This document shows, piece by piece, positions 1 through 9,595 of a stretch of 64,000 nucleotides of DNA; the stretch's first letter is position 1, and each line of letters starts with the position of its first letter. The notes under the pieces were generated by a model that was given only the letters and a program-made list of their open reading frames with translations, searched no databases and was not told the DNA's origin. The stretch comes from an uncultured virus (IMG/VR IMGVR_UViG_3300042992_002627). Taxonomy: Duplodnaviria > Heunggongvirae > Uroviricota > Caudoviricetes. The stretch is from the IMG/VR virus record IMGVR_UViG_3300042992_002627. One strand, written 5' to 3'. The translations under genes were made by a program, and so were the position numbers.

Positions 1-228
1 AATATGCAAAGAGTAAATATTTCATTTTTAAGCGGGAATTTAGTTCGTGTTATCACTCCAACAACACCATTAATATCTGATGTTTTAGGAACTAGTGCTG
101 TGTTTTCAAATGTTTCATTGACTTATTCATCTGCATTTAAAATAACTATAACAGCTCAATTAGGTAATGCAACAGAAACTGCTTCTATTAGAACTTTAAG
201 AGCTTCAAAAATTAAATCCATAACATAA
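1..228 (+). CDS. C-terminal fragment of tail fibre protein (runs off window start)
   Basis: Almost identical to the C-terminus of 43727..45409. Confidence 0.8.
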   Translation, partial: NMQRVNISFLSGNLVRVITPTTPLISDVLGTSAVFSNVSLTYSSAFKITITAQLGNATETASIRTLRASKIKSIT

Positions 229-365
229 TTATGTATTACAAAACAGACGAAAACGGAAATTATTTAGGAGTAAAATCAGAAACGAATCAGGGTTGGGAGT
301 TTTTCTCTACAACACCGTTGCCAGTTGATATTGCTAGAGTAAGAAATAACAATGGAGTTTGGGTA
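1..365 (+). repeat. Direct repeat copy 1 (tail-fibre 3' end plus start of next gene)
   Basis: Matches 45182-~45546, with 4 substitutions in the first 250 nt and then progressive divergence. Confidence 0.95.
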
Positions 366-965
366 AATGCGGATACTGAAGAAGAAATAATTGCATTTCA
401 AAAATCAACAATCGCTCTTTTTCATCTTTATCCGGAGCTGGAAGGAATGAATCCAAAACTTTTGTCTTTAGACAATTTGGAAGGAATAAAACGCGATTCA
501 ACTTTAGCAGATAAAGGATTGAAAGGCGAAAAAAAATACCGGAAAAAAAACCAATTGATTTGGAGTTCTGAAAAACGCTATTGGTTTCAAGAAGATGGCT
601 ACGATGACGGATTTCGTCGAATCACTAAACTTTTCTATCTCGATGGTTCCATTGCCGATCAATGGGAAAACTTTTACCAATTATCGGAAGATGATAAAGA
701 ATTTTTCAAAAAACAACAGCGTGAATTGATCTTTGAATATTTCAAAAGTCAACAACCTGATTTATTCAATTTATTGTACACTTTTTTCAAAGATGATATT
801 GACCGCTATGTAATGAAAGGTGGATCGGATTTAGCCGCTGTTTTGAAAGATGCTGCTACTAATCATACCGTTGAAATAGTCAGACAAACTTTATCAATGA
901 AAGTGTCGACACAATCCGGCGGAACTGTCACTGTTTTGGATGGAATTTTATTTGAATTAGTATAA
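231..965 (+). CDS. Tail-fibre-associated (assembly/chaperone-like) protein
   Basis: Directly follows the fibre gene and shares its N-terminal ~45 aa with 45412..46005. Confidence 0.5.
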   Translation: MYYKTDENGNYLGVKSETNQGWEFFSTTPLPVDIARVRNNNGVWVNADTEEEIIAFQKSTIALFHLYPELEGMNPKLLSLDNLEGIKRDSTLADKGLKGEKKYRKKNQLIWSSEKRYWFQEDGYDDGFRRITKLFYLDGSIADQWENFYQLSEDDKEFFKKQQRELIFEYFKSQQPDLFNLLYTFFKDDIDRYVMKGGSDLAAVLKDAATNHTVEIVRQTLSMKVSTQSGGTVTVLDGILFELV

Positions 966-1387
966 TGAGAAAAGACCGTCTATATACCGATTTTACCGAG
1001 TTGGAAGCATCTGTGGCTGATGCGTGTTTGAAATCAGAACTTTGGGGTTTAGACTTCAAACACCCGCTAAGATTACTACATCACGAATTGTGGGAATCTT
1101 TTAAACGTGGTGAATTTAGGTATGATGGTCCTACTTTTTCAAAAAGCAAACATTCATCGACCATTTTTGAATTAGCCTCACTCAACCATGATAGAAGAAA
1201 CTCCGAAGGATATGTAGGAAAAGCAGTTGACCGAGAAATGTTTGACATTATGATCACTTGCAATTATCCACTAGAGCTCATCATTGAACGATGGTTCCTA
1301 ACACGATTCACCTTTTTGAACGTGTGGCGACATAAATTGAAAGGAACATTTAAAGCAAGTAAACCAATTAACATCTATAAACTATGA
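965..1387 (+). CDS. DUF1353-like phage protein
   Basis: YDGPT...ASLNHD motif; paralogue of 46005..46427. Confidence 0.5.
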   Translation: MRKDRLYTDFTELEASVADACLKSELWGLDFKHPLRLLHHELWESFKRGEFRYDGPTFSKSKHSSTIFELASLNHDRRNSEGYVGKAVDREMFDIMITCNYPLELIIERWFLTRFTFLNVWRHKLKGTFKASKPINIYKL

Positions 1388-2031
1388 AAGATTTTGTTAT
1401 TAAGTACAAATGGGTGATTAGTACCATTCTAATCATTTTAATGCAAGTTCAAGAACTTGTTGAAATTTCTCAGGGATTAAAACTGACCGTTCAAATTTTA
1501 TTAATTGCCTTAACTGTTTTAACACAGCGAGCGGAATTATTAGAAATTCAATCTAACAATGATGCAGCCACCATGGAACGAAGCGTCGAGAGAACCGGCA
1601 ACAAACCAAGAGCTTTCATTTCCATCACCATTCATAAAATGATATGGAAATTGATAAAAGAAATTCCAACCGATTTTCAACGAAAAAACATTACCTGGAA
1701 AGAAAACATCCCAAGCCATTTATTGTTAGGGGGCGGAATGTTATTCCTAATGATGCCTTTCTCATTAACAGGATTGCCGCAATGGTTTATTCTAACCTTT
1801 GCCTCCTTTTCTGCCATTTGTTTAGGAATGTGCATTGAGGCTATTCAGTCATGGTTTTTTGATGGAATTCCATCCGATAGAGATATTCGTTGGGGATGGT
1901 ATGGCTACTTTCTTTTCATTCCGGTTTATTTCATTTTTCAAAACATTGGTCCAGGAGTTGTGGCGGATATTTTGATGGCTCTCACTTTATTTTTAATTGC
2001 GTTCGTGTTGCACTATTTAAACAGAAAATAA
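1384..2031 (+). CDS. Multi-pass membrane protein
   Basis: Several hydrophobic segments; start overlaps the previous stop. Confidence 0.55.
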   Translation: MKDFVIKYKWVISTILIILMQVQELVEISQGLKLTVQILLIALTVLTQRAELLEIQSNNDAATMERSVERTGNKPRAFISITIHKMIWKLIKEIPTDFQRKNITWKENIPSHLLLGGGMLFLMMPFSLTGLPQWFILTFASFSAICLGMCIEAIQSWFFDGIPSDRDIRWGWYGYFLFIPVYFIFQNIGPGVVADILMALTLFLIAFVLHYLNRK

Positions 2032-2034
2032 TAA

Positions 2035-2571
2035 ATGATTATACCGTGTCAAATTCGTTCTCATTTAGTGCCGTTTCTCTTTGAACAATTCGAAGGAAAA
2101 CAGGCATCTTATCAAGGCACTACAGTTTCTTCAATTCGGTTTCTTCCTTCAAGTTCAATTGCAAAATTTCTTTATGAACTGATGGATTATAAAAAGAAAC
2201 GAGGCAAACAAGACCATTTTGTGATGTACTTGACCATTGAACGAAAAAAAAACCTGAACTATTCAGGAATGATCTACACGGATAATCATGGAGTAAAAGA
2301 AAAATTATTGCTTCCAGAAGAAAAAGTAAAAGCGTTCAACAGTTTGCTGGAGGACATCTTTCGCATTGCGTTGGTTTTTCATGTGAAAGGTTGCGTTAAA
2401 TCGGGAATGAGTGTGATGAATTCATTAGAAGCATTTGCTTCAGAATATGACTTGGAAGAAAACGGAATCGAAGTTGAAAACCTCCGACAGCTCTACTACC
2501 GTGAAAAAAAAACTAATCTTTTCTCCAGGTTGCAATTTCAAAGCTCCAATAGAGTAGTGAATTACTGTTAA
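2035..2571 (+). CDS. Hypothetical protein (candidate late-gene activator)
   Basis: 178-aa ORF ending just before the first CATGTTACA promoter; function inferred from position only. Confidence 0.45.
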   Translation: MIIPCQIRSHLVPFLFEQFEGKQASYQGTTVSSIRFLPSSSIAKFLYELMDYKKKRGKQDHFVMYLTIERKKNLNYSGMIYTDNHGVKEKLLLPEEKVKAFNSLLEDIFRIALVFHVKGCVKSGMSVMNSLEAFASEYDLEENGIEVENLRQLYYREKKTNLFSRLQFQSSNRVVNYC

Positions 2572-2573
2572 AC

Positions 2574-2611
2574 CATGTTACAAAAAAGCCCTTAATTGAA
2601 AAGTATTTTTG
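2574..2611 (+). promoter_or_regulatory. Putative late promoter (CATGTTACA-N21-TATTTTTG), lysis operon
   Basis: One of five copies with identical spacing. Confidence 0.7.
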
Positions 2612-2622
2612 AATAAAAAAAA

Positions 2623-2820
2623 ATGGACTTTCAAGATTTTAAACTGTTTTTTTTAAATGTAACTACGTTTCTGGCTATTGAGTTTTCATCAGCAGATGCT
2701 TTTCTTAAATTTATTTTAGTTGCTATTTCTATCGGATATACAACGCATAAGTGGTATCTACTGCATACAACTAATAAAAAAGCAAAAAAGGATAACAAAA
2801 AATCAGATGAAGATATTTGA
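2623..2820 (+). CDS. Putative holin
   Basis: Small protein with two hydrophobic segments and a charged C-terminus, upstream of the endolysin. Confidence 0.55.
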   Translation: MDFQDFKLFFLNVTTFLAIEFSSADAFLKFILVAISIGYTTHKWYLLHTTNKKAKKDNKKSDEDI

Positions 2821-3067
2821 TGATACACTCAAGGTAAAAGGAAAATGGTCAAGAACATCACTAACGATGTTCGTTTCTTTTTGTTTGGCTATTTTCATAG
2901 GAATAGGCATTGTTATTGCCAGTTATTTTTTTAAAATAACTGATAATCGTGATGCCATTGCGGTGTTTGATTCCTTTATGCTTTTAGTTTTTGGTCTGTC
3001 TGGGATTACTGTTTTTAATAAATTAACGCCTTCTAAAGAGGAAAATACTAACGAAACACTAGGATAA
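2807..3067 (+). CDS. Putative holin/antiholin (2 TM)
   Basis: Likely ATG at 2807 (MKIFDD...); two TM segments; abuts the endolysin. Confidence 0.5.
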   Translation: MKIFDDTLKVKGKWSRTSLTMFVSFCLAIFIGIGIVIASYFFKITDNRDAIAVFDSFMLLVFGLSGITVFNKLTPSKEENTNETLG

Positions 3068-3069
3068 TT

Positions 3070-3534
3070 ATGGTAACATCTGCACAATGTCTAAAAAAAT
3101 ACGGAGATCCAAACTTATTAGAAACTCAAACAAAAAATTTTCAAATTTGGTTGGTTGATGAAGATATTCAAAAAGCATTTAGCCATGTTAGGTTTTCTGC
3201 TGTTGGAACCATTGGCTTTCCAAAGAAAATATTTGTAAACAAAGATTTTCAGCCTGTTTTAGAAAAAGCTCTGCGAAATGTAATCGATAGAGGTTTAGCC
3301 AAGGAAATGAAAACTTGGGATGGTTGTTTTATTATCCGACAAAAAAGAGGATTAAGTTCTATGTCTATACATAGTTGGGCAAATGCTATTGATGTAAATG
3401 CGGCAGAGAATGGTTTAGGCAAAGAGCCTAAATTGTCTGATGCTTTTGTAAAATGCTTTACAGATGCCGGATGTGATTGGGGCGGAACCTGGACACGGAA
3501 AGACGGAATGCATTTTCAAATTAAATCAATATGA
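3070..3534 (+). CDS. Endolysin, M15 family peptidase
   Basis: SxHSWANAIDVN and DGMHFQ zinc-peptidase motifs. Confidence 0.85.
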   Translation: MVTSAQCLKKYGDPNLLETQTKNFQIWLVDEDIQKAFSHVRFSAVGTIGFPKKIFVNKDFQPVLEKALRNVIDRGLAKEMKTWDGCFIIRQKRGLSSMSIHSWANAIDVNAAENGLGKEPKLSDAFVKCFTDAGCDWGGTWTRKDGMHFQIKSI

Positions 3535-3572
3535 AACTCCTCTTTCTACTTTAAATTCAAGAATAAAAAATA

Positions 3573-3902
3573 ATGGGAAGAATTGTCTATATCGTCGGAA
3601 CCGGCGTTGGAATGACTGTTGAAAGATTTTGTCAAGTTCATGCTAACGATATTTTTCTTGTTGAATTAGTAAAACAAGTTCCTGAACAAGTGCTTGAAGG
3701 CAAAACGCTGACCTTACATAATTGTTCAGTCGCTCCGTATGATATTTTAACCGTACCCGAAAACTTTAATCATCATTATCATGAAAAAATCAATTCCTTA
3801 CCTTATCATCGCCGCACTCGTCGTAGTGATATTTCTTCAAAACAGTTGCGAGCCAAACCCCTCCAAACCACAAAGTATCGTTATTCCCGAAAAGGAAGGT
3901 AA
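3573..3902 (+). CDS. Hypothetical protein
   Basis: ORF with ATG after an A-rich leader; overlaps the next gene. Confidence 0.35.
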   Translation: MGRIVYIVGTGVGMTVERFCQVHANDIFLVELVKQVPEQVLEGKTLTLHNCSVAPYDILTVPENFNHHYHEKINSLPYHRRTRRSDISSKQLRAKPLQTTKYRYSRKGR

Positions 3903-4422
3903 ATCGCCAATCACTAAACCTGAACAGGTGGTGATTACTCCAAAAAAACCGGTTGTTATTCCAAAAGGGAATAAGAGCCAGGAAGAAATTAATTTTCTTC
4001 AAAATCAAATTGATTCCTTGCTCAAGCAAAATGCAGCCATGGAAGAAGCTTTTGCCAACGAAACAGATTCTTTAAAACAGGAATTATACAATAAAGCCAT
4101 TGCTCTACGGCTTTATGAAAACAAATTCAGCGACGATGATGTTGAGATTAATACTACCGGTGTAGTTCGTGGCGAAATCCAATCGATGATTTTTGAGTAT
4201 AAAATCAAAGCCAAAACAATCGAAGCTCCGGCAGAAAAAGAAGTCACCTTTCGTCTGATGGGTGGAGTGGAGTTTGGAAACACATTAGAATTTGATTCGT
4301 TCCTGGTGAAAGGAAACTTAGGTTTTCAAAACAAAAAAGGAAACATCTTCACGGCTTCCTTCGACACAGAACAACGAATTTGGGTTGGTTACAACGCGTC
4401 AATCTTTAGAATCAAAAACTAA
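3781..4422 (+). CDS. Spanin-like membrane/lipoprotein
   Basis: N-terminal hydrophobic signal ending LQNSC, coiled coil, located in the lysis cassette. Confidence 0.55.
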   Translation: MKKSIPYLIIAALVVVIFLQNSCEPNPSKPQSIVIPEKEGKSPITKPEQVVITPKKPVVIPKGNKSQEEINFLQNQIDSLLKQNAAMEEAFANETDSLKQELYNKAIALRLYENKFSDDDVEINTTGVVRGEIQSMIFEYKIKAKTIEAPAEKEVTFRLMGGVEFGNTLEFDSFLVKGNLGFQNKKGNIFTASFDTEQRIWVGYNASIFRIKN

Positions 4423-4610
4423 TGGAAAAAAAACTTTCCTCTTTAAAATTAAAAAAAGTGCAATTGGTAGACCAAATGACAATGTTGTCTTCTATTAGTG
4501 ATCACTTTTATATTCAGCTCGGAAAACTTGAAGTAGAAATTATTCTCCTCGAAAAAGCAATAGTCAGAACGGCTAAAAACCCTTTAGAAGATTGAAAAAC
4601 CTCAAAAAAC

Positions 4611-4648
4611 CATGTTACAACAGTTTTTTTACAAAAGGTCGACTTTCG
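4611..4648 (+). promoter_or_regulatory. Putative late promoter, head operon
   Basis: CATGTTACA-N21-GACTTTCG. Confidence 0.7.
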
Positions 4649-4662
4649 TAAAAAAATAGATC

Positions 4663-5553
4663 ATGAGATTAAATCCGTTATTATCTGAAATATCTCGAGG
4701 GTTATGGTGTATGCACATTCCTTCTTTGGAAATTTATGGTGTTTTAGCTCATAAATTAATCACCGGTGAAAAAATAGAAATGCCTACTGCTAACCAAGAT
4801 CCTAAAGCCCTGGTTAACTACTTCACAGAGTCCGGTTCACAAATCAAAATGAATTCTGACGGTCAATACAATTTGCCTAGAAATAGTATCGCAGTAGTAG
4901 ACATGATTGGAGCCATTATCAAATATGGCGATTGGTGTACATACGGAGCGGACGAAATTGTTTCTGCTTTGTTTGAAGCCGACAGAAATCCGAACGTAGC
5001 AGCTATTGTTTTAAATGTAGATGGTCCTGGCGGTTCTGTGTCGGCTATTGCTCCGTTCAAAGATTTCGGAATGCGTAAAACAAAACCGGTTGTTGGTTTG
5101 TATGATCAATGTTGTTCTGCTCATTTATACAGTATGCTTGTTTGTGCTGACCATGTGATGGCATCCAATGACATTTCCGCTCAAATTGGTTCAGTTGGTG
5201 TGGTTTTATCCTGGAGAGAAAACAAAGCTTATTTAGAAAGCCTTGGCTATAAATTCCACGAAGTTTATCCGGATGAATCAGAAAACAAAAATGAAGCATT
5301 CCGTTTGGCGATGGATGGAAAGTATGATATGATTAAACAAGAAATGCTTTCGCCAATGGCTGTTAATTTTCAAAATGCTGTGAAAGCAGCTCGTCCAAAA
5401 TTAGATTTAAGAGAACCCGGAGTATTGACCGGAAAAACCTTTTTCACCGATAAAGCTATCGGATTGAATTTGGTTGACGGAATGGGGAATCTAAAAGATG
5501 CCATGAACATGGCCCTTATGTTGAGTGAAATGAATCACTATAAAAATTATTAA
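4663..5553 (+). CDS. S49 family (SppA/ClpP-like) prohead protease
   Basis: DGPGG and IGSVGV motifs; directly upstream of the capsid gene. Confidence 0.85.
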   Translation: MRLNPLLSEISRGLWCMHIPSLEIYGVLAHKLITGEKIEMPTANQDPKALVNYFTESGSQIKMNSDGQYNLPRNSIAVVDMIGAIIKYGDWCTYGADEIVSALFEADRNPNVAAIVLNVDGPGGSVSAIAPFKDFGMRKTKPVVGLYDQCCSAHLYSMLVCADHVMASNDISAQIGSVGVVLSWRENKAYLESLGYKFHEVYPDESENKNEAFRLAMDGKYDMIKQEMLSPMAVNFQNAVKAARPKLDLREPGVLTGKTFFTDKAIGLNLVDGMGNLKDAMNMALMLSEMNHYKNY

Positions 5554-5571
5554 CTTAATCTATTTACTACT

Positions 5572-7731
5572 ATGAAATGGAAATTTATGGCCAAAACGGT
5601 CGCTTTTCTACTTTCTTTTTTAGACGTCAATGAGATGCCCGTAAATGCGGAAAAGAAAGAAATTGATTTTAGTGCGGCTCAGGAAGAAAAACTGAAAACC
5701 GCCTTTAACGAAGAACAATTGGCTGACATGAAAAAAGCTTTGAACAAAGAGCTTCAGGCCATGGAAGACAACTCCTTGACGCTAAAAGCGATTCAAGATG
5801 AAATCGATGCCCTTGTGAAAGAATCAGGGTTAACAGCAGAAGAAATTAAAACAGCCGCCGGCACTCGTGATGGTGATCCTGATTTAGCTGCAAAAGTGAA
5901 AGCATTAGGTCAAAAAATGGCCGACTATGATGCTAAGTTTTTGAAGTTAATGGATGAGTCATTGGGAGATAGTCCTGAAGCTATAATTAAAAATGCCTCT
6001 CCAAAAGTGAAACACAACGCAACCCATTTATTTGCATCAGGCAAAGGTTATGATGCATTGGATAGACCTTGGAACAGAAAAGCGGCAGCATTAGCATCGG
6101 GTAATATGACCGTTAGTGCAACAGACTTTACGGACCAACCAACGATTCAGAAGTTAAATGATGATATGAAATTATATTATCGTGAAAACCCAACTGAATT
6201 AAAGTCGTTAACTCGTGATAAATTTGGTTTACCTGATTTTTGGCCTACCAGAACTAAAGTAGATGATTTAGTGGCTGATGCTTCTATCGCTACTGCAGAA
6301 GTTTCTCAAAGTAGAAAACTTCCTTGGTTACCAAAAAACAAACAAACCATTCAAGCAGAAGAAGGAAAAATATTCCCTATCCAAATTGATGCTGAATTCA
6401 TTGGATTCAGACTTCAAAAAATGGAAGCTAGCTGGTTGAACATGATGAACAAAGAAGGTTCTCAACCTTATAAAGAATCATTCGTTCGTTTCTTAGTTTC
6501 AGAAATCGACAAAAAAGCAAGAATCGAAGACCGTGTGGCTACCATCAAAGGTATTTATGTGGAAACTCCGGAAAATGCTACTGAAGCAGGTAGAGCTTTA
6601 AATCGTCAAAACGGTTTATTGTACTTAGCTCAACAAGCTCGTGATGTAACTAAAAAATACCGTCCGTTTGATTTAGGGTTACCTACCACTACAAACATTG
6701 TAGATTATGTAGATAATTTCATTAAGCAATTGCCACAAGACGTAAGAGAGCAACAAGGTTTGGTGCTTTATTTATCTGACGAGTGGTTAAGAGCATACAA
6801 ACGTAGATCAGAAACTTTGTTTGGAACAAACATGGATTATTCAGGTTATCCTGAAACGCCAAAAGATTATCCGAACGTGAAGTTCCAACGATTAATCGAC
6901 ATGGGAGGTTCTGACTTTATGTTCTTGACTTTTGATGATAACATCGAAATCCTTGAAAACGTTCCGGCTGAAAAATCAATGTACAAATTTGAGTACTTAC
7001 TTAGAAAAATGTACATCTGGGCTGACTACAAAATGGGTATTCGTTTCATTCACATTGGTAACACAGTGGAAGCTGGTGATCCAGATGAGTTTAAAGTACA
7101 AACAGTTTGGTCAAACACTGCTCCTATTTTTACAAGAGATACTTTTGTGCCATTCCACGAAACATCTGCAGGAACTGCATTGAAACTACCATTTAACAAT
7201 GTTTATGTTGCTAAAAACAGAACTTCAAACGTGGTAAGTATTTCTAACTATGCAGATTATGCTGGTCAAGTAATCAAAATTAAAGGTGATGCGGCTCTTG
7301 CAACCAACGTATTGGTGAAAGATGACAATGCAAAAATCAATTTAACTGCTGATTTTGCATTGAATACTGGTGGAACTTTGACATTGTATGTGCCATTAAC
7401 TGGTGTTCCTGTAGAAGTTTCTAGAACTACTACTCCAGAAACAGTTGCTACAGCTGATGTAAGCTTCAATACAAATGCTATTGATGCTAACTTAGGAGTT
7501 GTTTATAAAGCCGCTCATACAGTTACAACTGCTATTACTACCGTTCTGAATGGTGTTCCAGGAAAAACAATTGCTATTTATGGAACTGACGCAGTAGGTG
7601 TAAATGTAACACTTTCAACTACTGGTAATATCAAGTTAGCATCTGCTGCTACTTTGGATACTGCAGCTCACTATATCGAGTTGACCTTGATAGATGGTTT
7701 ATGGCAAGAAACTAAACGTGTAATTGCTTAA
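5572..7731 (+). CDS. Major capsid protein with N-terminal scaffold-like coil and C-terminal beta-rich extension
   Basis: Follows the protease; 719 aa; charged helical N-terminus and Thr/Ala/Val-rich C-terminus. Confidence 0.7.
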   Translation: MKWKFMAKTVAFLLSFLDVNEMPVNAEKKEIDFSAAQEEKLKTAFNEEQLADMKKALNKELQAMEDNSLTLKAIQDEIDALVKESGLTAEEIKTAAGTRDGDPDLAAKVKALGQKMADYDAKFLKLMDESLGDSPEAIIKNASPKVKHNATHLFASGKGYDALDRPWNRKAAALASGNMTVSATDFTDQPTIQKLNDDMKLYYRENPTELKSLTRDKFGLPDFWPTRTKVDDLVADASIATAEVSQSRKLPWLPKNKQTIQAEEGKIFPIQIDAEFIGFRLQKMEASWLNMMNKEGSQPYKESFVRFLVSEIDKKARIEDRVATIKGIYVETPENATEAGRALNRQNGLLYLAQQARDVTKKYRPFDLGLPTTTNIVDYVDNFIKQLPQDVREQQGLVLYLSDEWLRAYKRRSETLFGTNMDYSGYPETPKDYPNVKFQRLIDMGGSDFMFLTFDDNIEILENVPAEKSMYKFEYLLRKMYIWADYKMGIRFIHIGNTVEAGDPDEFKVQTVWSNTAPIFTRDTFVPFHETSAGTALKLPFNNVYVAKNRTSNVVSISNYADYAGQVIKIKGDAALATNVLVKDDNAKINLTADFALNTGGTLTLYVPLTGVPVEVSRTTTPETVATADVSFNTNAIDANLGVVYKAAHTVTTAITTVLNGVPGKTIAIYGTDAVGVNVTLSTTGNIKLASAATLDTAAHYIELTLIDGLWQETKRVIA

Positions 7732-7757
7732 TTAGTAAGCTTTAATAATATAAGATA

Positions 7758-8576
7758 ATGTACACAAAAGTAAATTTAACAAAAGCCGCCGGGATTAGTC
7801 CCGGGTCGGCTGCTCCAAAGAACACAATTGTTCTTGTGGAAGCTCAGGACTTAAACTTTCCTGAAAGCGACTCTAAAGGAGTCAAACTGATAGGGGTTCC
7901 TACGGTTAAAGAAGGTGGAAAATTCATCACGATTTACTCTACTAAGAGTAAAACCGAAGCATCAATGGAAACAGATGGTGACGAGGATATGATGAACTTT
8001 GCTTCTAAGTTTGTGGCTCAACATCCGGGTAACGGATTACCATTGAAAGAATTTGTACAAAACTGGACCGGAAAAGACATTGTTATTTTCCATAAAGCAT
8101 GTGGAGATAATTTCTGGGAAGTAATGGGAACACCTTGTTCACCTTTACAGTTGAAAGCTACCAAACAAGACAATAACGATGGTCGTTTTTACAACTTGTC
8201 GTTTGAGCCTTTTGCAAAATCAGGTTTTGTGCCTAAGCATTATGAAGGAGATGTTCCTTTTGAATTGCCAACAGCTATTGATGATATTGAAGCGGTACAC
8301 TTAACAGAGGAAAATGGAATCCAATACAAAGTTCCTGCGTTAGCTGTAACAGCTGCAATGGAAGTATCTACTATCGATTTAGAACACGGTGAGCACATTG
8401 TGTTTGAAGGTGGTGGCGGAGTTGCTCCTGCAACAATTGCTAACGGAGTTGCCGGTGCAGTTACTGTTCTTTTGAAAAATGGAACAACCTGGACAGCTTT
8501 GTCTGGAGCTACTATTCATTTCCAAGTGTTTCTTGCTGGTGCTACTAAATATTTAGTAGAACTTTCCAGAGCTTAA
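7758..8576 (+). CDS. Virion structural protein (probable major tail/tube protein)
   Basis: Co-transcribed with the capsid gene and followed by a terminator. Confidence 0.5.
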   Translation: MYTKVNLTKAAGISPGSAAPKNTIVLVEAQDLNFPESDSKGVKLIGVPTVKEGGKFITIYSTKSKTEASMETDGDEDMMNFASKFVAQHPGNGLPLKEFVQNWTGKDIVIFHKACGDNFWEVMGTPCSPLQLKATKQDNNDGRFYNLSFEPFAKSGFVPKHYEGDVPFELPTAIDDIEAVHLTEENGIQYKVPALAVTAAMEVSTIDLEHGEHIVFEGGGGVAPATIANGVAGAVTVLLKNGTTWTALSGATIHFQVFLAGATKYLVELSRA

Positions 8577-8594
8577 TTGTTCTATCATAAAGAT

Positions 8595-8620
8595 AAAACC
8601 CCGATTTGTCGGGGTTTTTT
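8595..8620 (+). terminator. Rho-independent terminator
   Basis: AAAACCCCGA-tttg-TCGGGGTTTTTT hairpin with T tract. Confidence 0.8.
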
Positions 8621-8634
8621 ATTTGTGTATGGCT

Positions 8635-8672
8635 CATGTTACAACTTTTGAAAAATGTAATTACAATATTTG
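8635..8672 (+). promoter_or_regulatory. Putative late promoter, packaging operon
   Basis: CATGTTACA-N21-AATATTTG. Confidence 0.7.
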
Positions 8673-8698
8673 AACTTTAAAAAATTAAAACAAAACCT

Positions 8699-9595
8699 AT
8701 GAGTAATCAATTTAAATTAATCGTCTTAGCATTTTTAGCCGCTGATTATGCGGATAAATATGAGCAATTCAATAAAGCATTTGAATTGTATAAACAAACG
8801 CCTGGTAAAAACATTGGATTAGAAACGAAGTTAAACCGAGTTGGGTTTACAGATGAGTTTCTTCAATCATTACTTTATGATTTACAGCAATTGAATGGTA
8901 TAACTGATTTGGAAATAGCTGAAAATAAAGTTTCTGGAATGAAAGGGAAATCGTCTCCAGAGTTGATTGATGTAGAGTTTGATAGAGTTGAAGCTAGTAC
9001 AGAAGCTAGTACAGAAGCTAGTACAGAAGCTCCTGAACAAAGTACAGAACCTTCTAAATTAAAAAATGAAGAATTGCTTGTTTTTGAACACGAAAAGACG
9101 TTTGAAGAAAAAACTTTGCGTGAAGAGTTTCCATTTTTAAACGATGCTAATTGTCCGGAAGTAATGTATGTGGTAGTAGGAAAAAGAATTACTGCTTTTA
9201 AACGTTACCAGGAACTGCATGAAAAGCTTCAGCAAGTAGACTCGGCAGAACCACAAGCAACGGAAGAGGAAAAAACACAATTGGTTCAGGAAACCGAAAA
9301 AGCCTATTCTGAAAATCAAGCTTTGTGGAATGAATTGAATCACTACGGAAGCACCGGAGAGATTTTAGGCAAACATGAATTATTCAAACAACACGTTTTG
9401 AAACGGGAAGTAGAGGAAATGAATAAGGAAGAGTTAGTGAAATTCATTTCCTCTTCAGCCACTTTTTTCTCAAGAAAAAAAGCAGAATTAGGCAAAGCAA
9501 AAGAGGCTGATAAAATTGCCAAAATTCAAACGGCTATTGATGAGCGTGAATACAAGTTAAAACTGGTAAATGAAAAATTAGGTGTCGGTCAATAA
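8699..9595 (+). CDS. Hypothetical coiled-coil phage protein
   Basis: 298-aa ORF, first gene of the packaging operon. Confidence 0.6.
   Translation: MSNQFKLIVLAFLAADYADKYEQFNKAFELYKQTPGKNIGLETKLNRVGFTDEFLQSLLYDLQQLNGITDLEIAENKVSGMKGKSSPELIDVEFDRVEASTEASTEASTEAPEQSTEPSKLKNEELLVFEHEKTFEEKTLREEFPFLNDANCPEVMYVVVGKRITAFKRYQELHEKLQQVDSAEPQATEEEKTQLVQETEKAYSENQALWNELNHYGSTGEILGKHELFKQHVLKREVEEMNKEELVKFISSSATFFSRKKAELGKAKEADKIAKIQTAIDEREYKLKLVNEKLGVGQ
8990..9031 (+). repeat. 12-bp tandem repeat GAAGCTAGTACA x3.5 (EAST peptide)
   Basis: Seen directly; in frame within the CDS. Confidence 0.85.

Noticed and set aside
1..250. Diversity-generating retroelement (TR/VR pair at the tail-fibre C-terminus with 45182-45431)
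   Set aside because: The four differences (A/T, C/G, C/T, A/C) are not adenine-specific, both copies are coding, and there is no reverse transcriptase in the window.
8990..9031. Phase-variable repeat
   Set aside because: The 12-bp unit keeps the reading frame and lies in a low-complexity linker, so copy-number change would not switch expression.
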